In this document: one piece after another, positions 13,157-24,800 of the stretch | Numbering within the stretch: position 1 is the stretch's first letter | Layout: each line of letters starts with the position of its first letter | DNA from: Stegostoma tigrinum | Lineage: Eukaryota | Length of the DNA stretch: 64,000 nt | Assembly: GCF_030684315.1 (NCBI RefSeq) | Contig: NC_081391.1 | Span: forward strand, 14,051,342-14,115,341 | Direction of reading: 5' to 3' | The notes under the pieces: generated by a model | Database searches by the model: none | Seen by the model: the letters and a program-made list of their open reading frames with translations, nothing else | What the model was told of the DNA's origin: nothing | Position numbers and translations under genes: made by a program

Positions 13157-13337
13157 AGGTCAAAGGTCATTCAGCAATTCCATCATCCACCAGTTGTCAA
13201 TTCTGGTTTCTGGATCCAATTCCCATCCTGCACTGATTGGACGTGGCAACTGATCAATTGATTAACAAGAGTGATTGGCCATCACTGATGATGTCATTTC
13301 CTGCTCAAAAAATGAGGGTCTTCTCCTGGAGTATAAA
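13157..13337 (+). promoter_or_regulatory. Ferritin C promoter
   Basis: Perfect DR1 at 13157-13169, two GATTGG boxes, TATAAA at 13332-13337. Confidence 0.7.
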
Positions 13338-13434
13338 TAGAGCCCAATGGCATTGCTATTTTAGGTGTAGCTGGTTTTCTTTCTATATTTATAATTTGGT
13401 TTTGTTGGATAAGGAAAGCTGTTTCTATCACAAA

Positions 13435-16400
13435 ATGGCCTCCCAGATCAGTCAGAACTATCACCAGGATTGTGAAGCTGCTGTCAACAAGCAGATTAAT
13501 GTGGAGCTCACTGCCTCCTATCTCTATCAGTCTTTGGTGAGTGCTGTCCCTGTGGGGTTGGAGTTACTTCTGTTATGAAGTGAACTGTTTTTTTTTAAAA
13601 CAAACTAGATTAATACTCTTGTATAATAAAATGTGAGGCTGGATGAACACAGCAGGCCAAGCAGCATCTCAGGAGCACACGTTTAGCTTTTGTGCTCCTG
13701 AGATGCTGCTTGGCCTGCTGTGTTCATCCAGCCTCACATTTTATTATCTTGGAATTCTCCAGCATCTGCAGTTCCCATTATCTTTAACACTCTTGTAGAC
13801 TTGTTTGTTTTTTTTGTATCTCTCTTAGCTATTTCTTGATTCAGCGTAAATGTGGTGACAATGGGATATGATACTGATATGCAGCAACTGAGGCCCCAGT
13901 TGTCTCAATGATATATGGAGGGTGAAGCATCTTGTGATTTATCTTAAAATTCCTTTTTGGGCTGTGATTGCCTATAACTGGCTGTGGCTCTCCATAATTT
14001 TCTAAACTACTGTCAAGCTTTGATCCAGATAACCATTGGCTAACTACCTTTTTAAATCTGCCTTGATGTATCTGCTTTAGTTTTGTGCATGTAAATAAAC
14101 AAACATACTGGTTTTGGTATTTACAATAAGGTGTTGTAGTAATTTGACAAATCAGATTTTTTTAAGCTGAACTGAAGTCCTTGAGGTAAGACAAGCTGCT
14201 CCCTGCTTAAGTAGGTCTCCGATATTATTTTGGCTTTCTGTGCTCTATATCATGAAGTGGGTTTGATCCATCACTTCACAACCTATAGAAAGTTGACTTG
14301 TTATAGGTGCCTGCCCCCCCCGACCCCCCCGCCCCCAAAAGGGGGCTGCTGGAACATGCTGAGGCTATTGACCCAGAGGTGAAGAAATAAATGTTCTTCC
14401 TTTACCATTTAACCAGATAAAGAAACAAACTGGCTCCTCCCACCATGTGGTGGTGCCCCTGTGCCCTTCCAAGGAGTAGAATGTGTTCAGAAGGTGTTGA
14501 GGTCCCCTTGGTGAGTGCTGCAGGGGACCTGGTAGATAATGGACCCTGAAAGGAGGTGGTGAATGCAGTCCCCACGAAGTGGGCTGCTCTGTCCTGGATG
14601 GTGTCTGCTTCTTGCACGTTGCAGCTCCACTTTTCTCCAGACACATGGAGAATATTCATCACTCTCTGGGCTTGTGCCTATTGGAAGGAAGTCCTATCTA
14701 GGGACATGAGGATAAAGTCCCTATAACTACCTTTTTGGGAGGTGGGAATAGCTTTAACTAGTGAACCAATTGTTGGGTTTTAGTCACTGACCACTGTCCC
14801 AACTCAATAGGGAATCTTGTGTGCTGATAATAAAATCCCCACTATTCTTCACCTTCTACAACTTAACTACCCAATTAAACCACTTTTTTAACTTTTAGTT
14901 TGTATTTGAGGATTAAACTAACTTCTCACCAGGATTCTACCAAAGAACAACTTCTTCTTTTGATGTCAATAGACTGTTCCTAATCAGCAGTAACTTGTTG
15001 GATTGTGAATCTCAGTTGAAAAGTGAGTGAAATGAGTGGGGAAAACAATAGTTTAGCCTCTTGGAATAAGCTAAATTGAGCTCTCCAGCTTTGAACAAGT
15101 CAATAATCTATAGGTCACACAGTCCTGCAGATACCATTAGGTCTCCTGAACATTTGATCTTGTTTCAGTTGTGAATTTTAATGCTTTGCTTTGCAAGCTT
15201 CTGGCAACCTGAGTGCATGGCATAAACAAATGTGATAAACTATTGCTGCAACAAGCCAAAGGCTGTCACTGGGCAGGCTCTCCTTTAGCACCAAGATTCT
15301 CCTAATCGCCCTCATTCTCCTGCATACTGCAAACAGCATCTCTTGTAGAGCTGCTTTATGTAAAAAAAAAATACAGTACATCTGATCCAATTGGTTGCAG
15401 AAGACCTGTACCTACCAGCTATATTAATGTCCAGCATCTGCATGTTACTCTAGCACCAGGGGAGACATGTAATGACTGGAAGTTGCCTGACCCTGTGCAC
15501 ATCCTGCATTCCAGCTCCTGGCACTTGTTTAAACCCTATTCAGTTACCACTTCCATCCATTTCTGGAGGCTAGATGGTAGAAATGTGCTTTCAGCTTTTC
15601 TCTCCAGGCTGTGCCAGACACCCCCCCCCCAAACAATTCAGCAGGGTTTACAAACCAAAACACTGAATTTGCATCTTACGTGGAAGAAGCTGGGGTTGTT
15701 TGGTTTCCTCCAATTAAAGGAGCTGCTGGCTAATTTTGCAACACCATTAGTGAACATTGTAAGGTGTCAACAATTTTCAGCTGATTGAATCATTAGTTTG
15801 CTTTAGACTAAACCAGTCCTCCAGTTCTGAGCATGAGAAATGGGGTCAATGATGTGTTTAATGGGCTTTAACATGTTATCTCCCTTCTAGATGTCCTACT
15901 TTGACCGGGATGATGTTGCCCTCACCCATGTCTCCCGGTTCTTCAAAGATCAGTCCCAGGAGAAGCAGGAACATGCAGAGAAGCTGCTGAAATTCCAGAA
16001 TCAGCGTGGAGGCAGAGTCCTCCTCCAGGATGTGAAGGTTGGAGTTTGGGAGGGGGGCATGGTGTGGTGTGCAGGAATGGTAGCTCATGGTGTTTTCTGT
16101 TAGTAGTGACAAGATTTTCATGTGGTAAAGGATGTGAAGGTTGGAGTTGGAGAAGGCAGGCAGTGGGGAGGAGATGTGAGAAATGGCTGCTTATGGTGTG
16201 GTTTCATGTCCTGAAAGAAAGTGAAAACTGTTTTGTTTGGCTCCCCTCCTTTTGATGAAAAGGAAAGAAATCCTAGAAACACGCCTCTTGGCTCCCCTCC
16301 ACCTGCTGCTTCTCCACCCCCCCCACCCCCGCCCCCCCCACACCACCCCACCCCCGCCCCCCCACACCACCCCACCCCATGCTGACCCGATAAACACCAA

Positions 16401-18317
16401 ACCACATTAATCCCATTTACTGCACTTGGTCTACAGCCCCCATGGCATTGGTAGTTGTCTAGAAGCTGCTTAAATATTGCAGCAGGAGATGCCTCCCCCA
16501 CTGCCCCACCCCCCCCATATTATTTTTCCACTACCCTCTGGGCAAAGGATTCCTCTAACCTGCTGACTCCTCACATCAGTGCCCTCTGGTCTTAATGTCT
16601 CTTTCTCCCCACCCCCTCATAGCAGACACTCCCCATCTACTATCAAGACTCCACACTAATCAAATGCCATCACATAAACATCTCAACTGACTTCACTCTG
16701 AGGATTGGAGTGAGAAATCTAATCTCTCCTTTTAATGGATTTTTCAGTCTTGGGGCAACATCCTGGTGACCCTTCCAGTGCCATTGTGGCTCTGGTCACC
16801 ACACAGTATTCCACCTTTGCATGGCCAATGCTGCAAAGTTTGTGACAAGACTGGAGTCCCTGTACTGCGCCCCAAGAAATGGGGAAGGGCATTGTGGAAG
16901 CCAACTTCCCCACCTGTCTACACTTATGGATCCTTGAAATATCTCTAGTCTTGTTCTCTTGGTTCCTTTTATTGTCAACATATTGCTGTCCCTTCAATGA
17001 ATTAAATAGTAGTGATGCTTTTGATCATTCAGGTCAGTCCGAGATGAAGCCATAAGCACAAGTGGGACTTCAACCTGGGCCTATGCTCCAAACCTAGGGA
17101 CAGTACCACTGCTTAACGAGCCCTGGGATTAAGTTGTGAATATCTTCCTTGGGATGCCATCAGATGGGCACTGACAATTCTGTGCAAACATAACTCTTAT
17201 CCCCACTATGACCTGGTTGTGAATTGACTTTCCTTTCGGAAGAAGCAAATAGGGCTAGGTGAAAGCAATTCCTTAAATAACTGATCTGTTCTTCCTAAGG
17301 ACTTCAGGGATGGCGGTGGTTAGCACAACTGCATCAGTGCTTGGGGCACAAGCTTAATTCTGGAGTTGACATGTTCACCACATCTCTACATAGGCTTCCT
17401 CCCACAGTCCAAAGATGTGCAGGGTAGGATAGGGCATGAAAAATGCAGGATTACATGGCTGGGGCTAGGACCAGGTTGGATGCTCTTCAGATGGTCATGA
17501 GTGGGCAGAATGGCCTGATGCATGCTGCAGGGATGTTGTTTCTGAGGCTTACCTGTCCTTCTTTCCATCCTCAGAAGCCAGAGAGGGATGAGTGGGCAAC
17601 AGTCTGCAGGCGCTGCAGGTTGCCCTGGATCTGGAGAAGAATGTGAACCAGAGTTTGCTGGATCTACACCAACTCTCCACGGCCCAGACTGACCCTCATG
17701 TAAGCTTCACCACTTCATTCTCATCACTGCGAGACCCTCAGGGCAACACTTCATTGGTTGGTCTGTGTGGATTGGAAATTCACAGGTGTGCACTGATCAC
17801 TTTGGGTCCATGCTGCTGAGCAGTTGTTACATGGTGATCAGTAATGAAGTGAAATGGGAGTTTGGAAGGCAATCCATTGGGAGTGATGAAGTGATATTGG
17901 CCATTGAATTCCCATTCTCACTTGGGAGCATTACAGTGGAATGATCATTGTCCATCACCATCCAACTCAGCTCCACTTCACAAGCAGCAAGATGGAGCAG
18001 CTGAAATCCTATTGTCATCACCGACACAGATTTTCCAGGTGTTAGCTAAATTTTCAGGGCTGTCTGGAACTAGTATGGTAAAGCCTGTTTTTTTCAGTGG
18101 GAATTCTGAAATTGTCTTGGATAGTGTTAATGCACCCAGTTGTCATATTCCTCTGTTGCAGCTGTGTGACTTCCTGGAGACTCACTATTTGGATGAGGAG
18201 GTGGAGATCATCAAGCAACTCGGGGACTACATCACCAACCTGAAGCGCCTGGGAGCCCCTGAGAATGGGATGGGAGAGTACCTGTTTGACAGGCTCTCCC
18301 TGGAGGACAGCAGTTAG
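13435..18317 (+). pseudogene. Ferritin copy C; 1-nt frameshift in exon 3 (pseudogene or assembly error)
   Basis: Exons 13435-13536, 15891-16037, 17575-17699 (125 nt instead of 126; TGGGCAAC versus TGGGGTAAC gives [13 protein letters not shown]...stop at 17646), 18162-18317. Promoter and splice sites are intact. AATAAA at 18447-18452. Confidence 0.75.
13624..13784 (-). mobile_element. Young Penelope-derived palindromic insertion in intron 1 of C
   Basis: Perfect 57-bp inverted repeat at 13623-13679 / 13691-13747. Flanking direct repeat TAA(T/C)ACTCTTGTA at 13611-13623 and 13785-13797. Confidence 0.8.
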
Positions 18318-19083
18318 TGTGGCCTGGAGTACTGTCTGCTTGGTCTGAATGCATTCCCCACTTCACCCTGGACAACCTGTCTCCTTCCAAGGAGAAGGGA
18401 CTTTTGTAGCAAAGAATGTAATGGCTGTACCAGCTAAATGGAAATGAATAAAATGATGTGTTGATCTTGCTTATTGTCCATCATTCAGAGCTCTGAATAC
18501 TTTGGGTGATAGCTCTTGCTTGAAGCCAATTCGTTTTCTGTCATTTGATTGGTCCAATTTCTAATTGGATTAGGCAACCCTTCACAGAATAGCTCACTAT
18601 CCCCACATTAGAATGTAACTCGATGGAGTGTTTTTTTTGGTTTGTCCTGTGGAAATTGAAGGTGTTTCTCCTCCAAATAGGATAAGGTTGGAATTTGTCA
18701 ATTGTGGCATTGGCTTTCTTCTAGAGGACAATTAGTGCACTTCTGGAGATGGTGGGTTCAACTGTAGCTCAAAGCAATTGTCTTCCTCTGGTGACAGGAA
18801 GTTCCCACACCTTCTAAATAGACTTCTCTACCCAGCCTGATAGAATTTGGGATAGTGGTGTTCAATTGCACATTTCCCTTAATCTCTTCCCCGCCTCAGC
18901 CATCCTGCGTACTCAATTATTGCCTGAATGATGACAGCAACACAAAGTGAAGACAGCCCTTTATCTACTGACCCAGCTGCCTGATCACCAAGGTCTAAAG
19001 GAAGAGGCCCAGCAGGCTCTGATTTCAATCCAGCTGGCGGAAGCAGCAGAGGTGTGAAACAATCTCAACTGCCTGGTATATCT

Positions 19084-19268
19084 GAGATAATGGGAACTGC
19101 AGATGCTGGAGATTCCAAGATAATAAAATGTGAGGCTGGATGAACACAGCAGGCCAAGCAGCATCTCAGGAGCACAGGCTCTGATGAAGGGTCTAGGCCC
19201 GAAACGTCAGCTTTTGTGCTCCTGAGATGCTGCTTGGCCTGCTGTGTTCATCCAGCCTCACATTTTAT
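19084..19268 (+). mobile_element. Young Penelope-derived palindromic insertion downstream of C
   Basis: Perfect 55-bp arms at 19122-19176 / 19215-19269. Target-site duplication TGCCTGGTATATCT at 19070-19083 and 19269-19282. Confidence 0.85.
19170..19221 (+). ncRNA. Minimal type I hammerhead ribozyme motif
   Basis: GCT-CTGATGA-A-GGGT(CTAG)GCCC-GAAA-C-GTC-AGC: both catalytic core boxes, a stem II, a palindromic ACGT helix III, a GUC cleavage triplet, and stem I GCU/AGC extended by the long arms. Confidence 0.7.
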
Positions 19269-21577
19269 TGCCTGGTATATCTCTTCTTTTTTTTTTTTTT
19301 CCCCCCCATTGGGCCCTACCCTGACCAATAAACACTATATTCTCAGTATTGTTACTTTTGGTTTCACCATCCCAAACTGTGGCTGGAGCTCTTTCTCTTC
19401 CGCTTCTCCCCACTTCGCTCACCCCGCCCTCCCCCCACCCGACCTTTTCTATCCACGTGCCCCACCAGCCTAAACATTCACCACAGCCCCTTTCCCTGGG
19501 AGTCAGCTCAAGACGTTCACCTGAACTGTACTGGATTATAATGTAGGGCCTCATTGCTGCTTACAGCAGGATAACAGGGACCTGGGAAGAACACAGCAAT
19601 GCACTTGGTTAAATGCTGCTGTTTGATTGGCTCTTGTTGCTAATGCCAGCATTGAGCACACTAAGCTGCTCCCTTGGTTCCTCTGAGCTTTCCCCCATGG
19701 TGAACATTACTCCTGATGCAGGTTGATTGGGTGAAATCACATTGAAGGAGCAAAGTGGCTCGGAGAGGAGACATGGAGATGCTGACTTTCCTTTACGGCT
19801 GCTTCTTTTATCTTTCAAGGTGTCAGAGATCATGGGTTCGTGAGGGGGCGATCTGAGACATCCTGAGGATTGTTCCAGGGAGTTTTGTAGCGGGTGTACA
19901 CTGCAGCCTTCATCGAGGTTGGCGGGGGGGTGCTGCAGAGTCAAAAGGCACTCAACATATTTGTTCCAACCTCATAAAGCAATTTATTTTTGGTGAAAAT
20001 AAGTCTAGGCTACAGTAACCCTCAAGTGCAGGAAGGGACCATTAGGCCCATTAAATCTGCATAGACCTTCTGAACAGCATCCTCCTTAGACCCAACCCCT
20101 TTGCCTTAACTCCACATTCCCCATGGTTATTCGACCAAGCCTGCATGCCCCTGCTCACTATCGACAATCTGCAAATCGTCGGGCTGTGTGAGGAAACTCA
20201 AGCACCTGGAGGAAATCCACACAGTCCATCGCCCAGGGGTAGAATCGAACCTGGGTCCCTGGCACTGAGCCGCCAAAACATTCTAAAGTACCAAAGGAAA
20301 GGAATACACTGCGGCAAACTACGCCATGGGAATAGACTCTGCAGCGCAGCCCGAACTTGCAGACCAGGTTTTCATAAACTGTGTAGTGCCATTTGCCTAC
20401 GTTTGGCCCATCTTTCTCTAAACCGTTCCTTTCCATGTAAATCTCCAAATGTCACTTAAATGTTGTAATTCTATCCACCTCTACCACTTCCTCTGGCAGC
20501 TCATTCCATACACGCAACACCCTCTGTGTGACAATGTTGTCACTCACGCCCCTTTTAAATCTTGCCCCTCTCCCCTCAAACCGGTGCCCTCTAGTTTTGG
20601 AACCCCCCTACCCTGTCCCAGCATGCTTTTTATATACAGTCAATCTTGAGTGTGCCAATGGCAAGGCTACATTTAGTGCTCAGCAACTGTTACACTCCAG
20701 GAGGTGGTGATGAGCTGCTTATTACAGTCCACCTGGTGTCGGAGAGACCGGAATGATGCTGCTGCTGCTGCTGTTGCTGAGGAGGGGCTCCTGGGATTTT
20801 CATTCACAAACAGGGATAGTGTTCCAAGTCAGGATGGTGACAGAGTTACATGGAGCTGCTTGAGTGTCGTTGGTGCTGCCTCCAGCAAGAACATTGTAAA
20901 CTATTCCAGCACTACTCCCAACTTCAGCCTTATTGAGGGTGGGCAGGTTTTGGAAACTCAGGAGTTGAGTACTTCCTGACAGAATTCCCAGCATCTGAAT
21001 TCCCAGTTTCTGAGCTGTACCATCTACAGAACGCAATGTAAACTGAACCAGAAATTCTTCACTTGGAAACATGCTGGGGTGAATCACTAGTTCTACTTCA
21101 AACAACGAAAACAAAACTGGGAGACAGAAATGTTCAACGTGCGATACATTTCTAGCAGCAACTGAGGCATAGAGGCCTGAGGCCTACTGTGTAGAAGAGG
21201 CACTCAGCACATTTAGCGTTTTGCTTTTCAAACTGGGCTTCAAGGTCAAGGTCAGGGAGATCACATCAGATGCAGAATGGATCCACAAAGTACATCAGTT
21301 GCCTGTTTTAGATGATCCAAAAGCACATTATTTCTGTTGCTGCACAGAAATAGGAAAATGTTCAGATCAACCAAATCGAGCCATTTTTCAAAGAGCTCCA
21401 ACACCAACGTTCAAAAATTATTACGACTAATCCCTCAGAATAGCAATCCGACAGAATTCTGCAAATCTGTGATGAATGTGTCTTAACGCACAACCTCAGA
21501 TAGAAAAGTGAAGTTTTAGAGTATATTTTATTCTCATTTTCAGGGAGATGTCCTTCCAGAATTTGCACTTGTGCGGG

Positions 21578-21764
21578 AGGTCAAAGGTCATTTCAGCAAT
21601 TTCATCATCAACCAGTTGTCAATTCTGATTGGGTTTTTGACCCGATTCCCATCCTGCGCTGATTGGATGTGGCAGCTGATCAATTGATTAACAAGAGTGT
21701 TTGGCCATCACTGATGATCTCATTTCCTGCTTCAGAAAATGAGTGTTGGCTCCTGGAGTATAAA
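21578..21764 (+). promoter_or_regulatory. Ferritin D1 promoter
   Basis: Perfect DR1 at 21578-21590, CTGATTGG, TATAAA at 21759-21764. Confidence 0.7.
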
Positions 21765-21852
21765 TAGAGTCCCACAGGAGGCATGTTTACTGTTGCTCTT
21801 AACTTTGTCATTTTTCTGGGGAGGAAAATAAAGCAAGTGTTTCCTTTATAAG

Positions 21853-24800
21853 ATGGCCTCTCAGATTAGTCAGAACTATCACCAGGATTGTGAAGCTGCT
21901 GTCAACAAGCAGATTAATGTGGAGCTCACTGCCTCCTATCTCTATCAGTCTTTGGTGAGTGGAGTCTCTGTTGGGTGAAACATACTTCTGTTCTGTTGAA
22001 GTAAACTCTTCCCCTTGGATGTAATTAAGTTGTCTATCTTATAGACTGAGTTTTGTGGCTCCTACCCCTTTCTCAATGCAGGATGAGTGTGATGTTATTA
22101 TAACAATAGTTTGGTGCCTAATGTTACTGTAACTTGGGTCCCAGTTGGTTGTCAGTGAGATGTGGAGTGTTCTTGTAGTTACTTGCCTGTCCCATGATGG
22201 TGCTGTGACTGGTGGTAATTATCGCTTCCTGTGACTGTTTGAAACTTGAGGGAACTAATTTAAAAATGAATTGGGACTCACCATTGTGGGAATGGAAGCA
22301 CCATCAGCTAGTCATTGCTTTTCTTTTCCCTCTTGTATCCTTGTTTCTATTTGAATCTTGTGGGGATCTGAAGTAAACCTGCCAATTGATACTGAGAATC
22401 TTGGTTTCCTATTGCAATCAGCTTAGAATAGGCTTGTTCTTGCCCTGCAGAGCGGGGCTGAGAGGTGGCAAATGGAGTTTAATGCAGACAAGTGTGAGCT
22501 GATGCACTGTGTTAGGAGTAACCGGAAGGCAAAGTACAGGGCTAATGGTAAGATTCTTGGTCGTGTAGATGAGCATAGAGATCTGTGTCGATAGGTAGAC
22601 ACGGATTGTTGAAAGTTGCCACCCAGGTTGACAGGGCAATTAAGGCAGTGTTTTGTCTTTTATTAAGAGGATTGAGTTCTGGAACCAAGAGGTTATGGTG
22701 AAGCTATCCAAAAACTCTGGTGCATACAGTTCTGGTCACTGCATTATAAGGATGTGAAGCTTTGGAAAGGGTGTAGAGGAGATCTGCTAGGATGTTTCCT
22801 GGTATGGAAGGAACATCTTATGAGGAAAGGCTGAGGGACTTGAGGCTCTCTTCATTAGAGAGAAGAAGGTTGAGAGGTGACTTAATTGAAACATATAAAA
22901 TAATCAGAGAGGGCTAGTTCGGGTGGATAGGGAGAGCCTTTTTCCTAGATGGTGATGGTGAGCATGAGGTGGGGTAGCTTTAAATTGAGGGCTGATAAAT
23001 ATAGGACAGATGTCAGAGGTAGTTTCTTTACTCAGTAAGGGAATGCAATGCTTTGCCTGTGACAGTAGTAGATTTGCCCACTTTAGGTACACTTAAGTCA
23101 TCATTGGATAAGCAAATGGGCGTACATGGAATAGTGTAGGTTAGATGGGCTTGAGATCAGTATGACAAGTCGGCACAACATCAAGGGCTGAAGGGCCTGC
23201 ACTTGGCTGTTATGTTCTATGCTCAGATTAAACTGGGTGAGGTTGTGACTCTTATCTGATTCAGCAGATCTCCATTTGAGATCTACCTTGCTTTTCTTCA
23301 TACTCATGAGGTGGGTGTGGGCTGTCTGTATGTCAAGTGTTGGAGCTTTTCAAAGGCACAGCACTGCCATGGGGCTGAGAATGTACTGACCCAGTGACTC
23401 TGGTAAAAAGTTTATGCCCGTTGTATTTGGCCTGATTCTAAACTAACTGGACCCTCTTTCCCCAGGTGGGGTGCTTGTGCCCTTCCAAGGGGTAGAAGGT
23501 GTTTACGTAACCTTGGTGTTTGTTGCAGGGTGCTCTCTGGGCTTGTCCCTGTCAGCAGGAAGTCCCCCTCCTGATGAGGATCAAGCCCCTGTCAGCCCCA
23601 GTTTGGGAGGGGGAACAGCTTTCATTGAGCCAGCAGTTGGGTTTTAATCACTGACCCATTGTCCCAACACACCTTGTAAGCATGTGCCAGGAATGAAATC
23701 CTTACTATTCTACATCTTCTAACTGCACATTTAAATCGCAAAGATAAATTGTGCTTGTGTTTGCATTTGAGAATTGAAGCAACTTTTTTCAGCAGGATTT
23801 GTAAGAATGTGCTTGTTACTGGCTGCTTCCAATAGCAGACCTGCTAAACCTCAATACATTGAATTGTGAACATCCTGGTTTAGAAATCTACAGGACTTTG
23901 CCTGTTGGATTAAGTCAACAGTGGTTTTTCCAGGTTAATGAGGGATCTTGTCTGGAGAGTAGTTGATCTGCAGATCACTGTCATATTTGTCATGTGATCA
24001 GTTTGTTTTGTCAGTCTTTGTTTCATGTGTAATGGTACAAGTTGCTAGCAGTCTGAGTCAGTGCAGCTGATTTCGATGCAACAATAAACTGTTGCAGGAA
24101 CAACCCAAAGGCTGTCCTTAGGCAGGCTTTCCTTGGCAGATTCTTGGAGCTAACATCCTTCATTCATCTCCTCCTTCCCCCCGCCCCCCCCCAGCCACCC
24201 CAATACTGCAGTTCTTGTCAAACTAATACATACAGTGCATCCAATTGCATTGATCCTGACTCAGCAGAAAATGTGCTTCTTCCAAGCTGTTAATTGCAGT
24301 GTCTAGGATCTGTTTTCTGGTCTTTGCCAAAGCAGCAATACAGTGCCCTGCAGCTGTTCTATTGGTGTACATCCTGCACTCCAGCCCCTGGCATTTCTTG
24401 AAACCCTATTCAATCAAAGATTTATCCCATTTCTGGTGGAGGTTAATCAGTAAAAACATCAATTCACACTTATTCTCACCAAATGCTGTGCCAGACCCTG
24501 GAGTTTCAAACCAAAATAAAACACATGGTATTTACAGCTTACTGGAGGAAGCTGGGATTGTTTTGATTTTTCCAATTCAACAGCAACTGTTCAAAACTGG
24601 GTTCTGAATTGTTAATGCATCAGGTACTTAACAGCTTATTGTCAGTTTGATTTTGAGAATGCTCAACTAGCCCTGTAGTTCTGAACTGAAATTGGCCCAT
24701 GACTTGTTAATGGACTTTACCTTGTTCTCCCTTCCAGATGTCCTACTTTGACCGGGACGATATTGCCCTTCCCCATTTTTCCCAGTTCTTCAAACATCAG

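Noticed and set aside
16300-16385. C-rich and G-rich tracts (also 1900-1985, 28670-28695, 37855-37870) as G-quadruplex elements
   Set aside because: They are low-complexity, copy-specific and length-variable, with no evidence of function.
20707-20780. Possible C/D-box snoRNA (GTGATGA...ATGATG...CTGA)
   Set aside because: It is intergenic, has no terminal stem, and the putative guide is a length-variable (GCT)n repeat. An Rfam or snoscan hit would be needed.
20704-20979. Recurring small ORF M(V)MS.LLQSTWCRRDRNDAA..EEGLLGFS (also 37965, 47255, 54851)
   Set aside because: Recurrence follows from the duplication, lengths and C-termini vary (60-96 aa), the 3' half looks like an antisense ancient LINE remnant, and there is no promoter or splice support.
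21722-21750. TTTCCTGCTTCA resembles the 5' arm of the human ferritin H IRE
   Set aside because: There is no CAGUGH loop or complementary 3' arm, and it lies upstream of the TATA box. It is more likely an ETS-type site.
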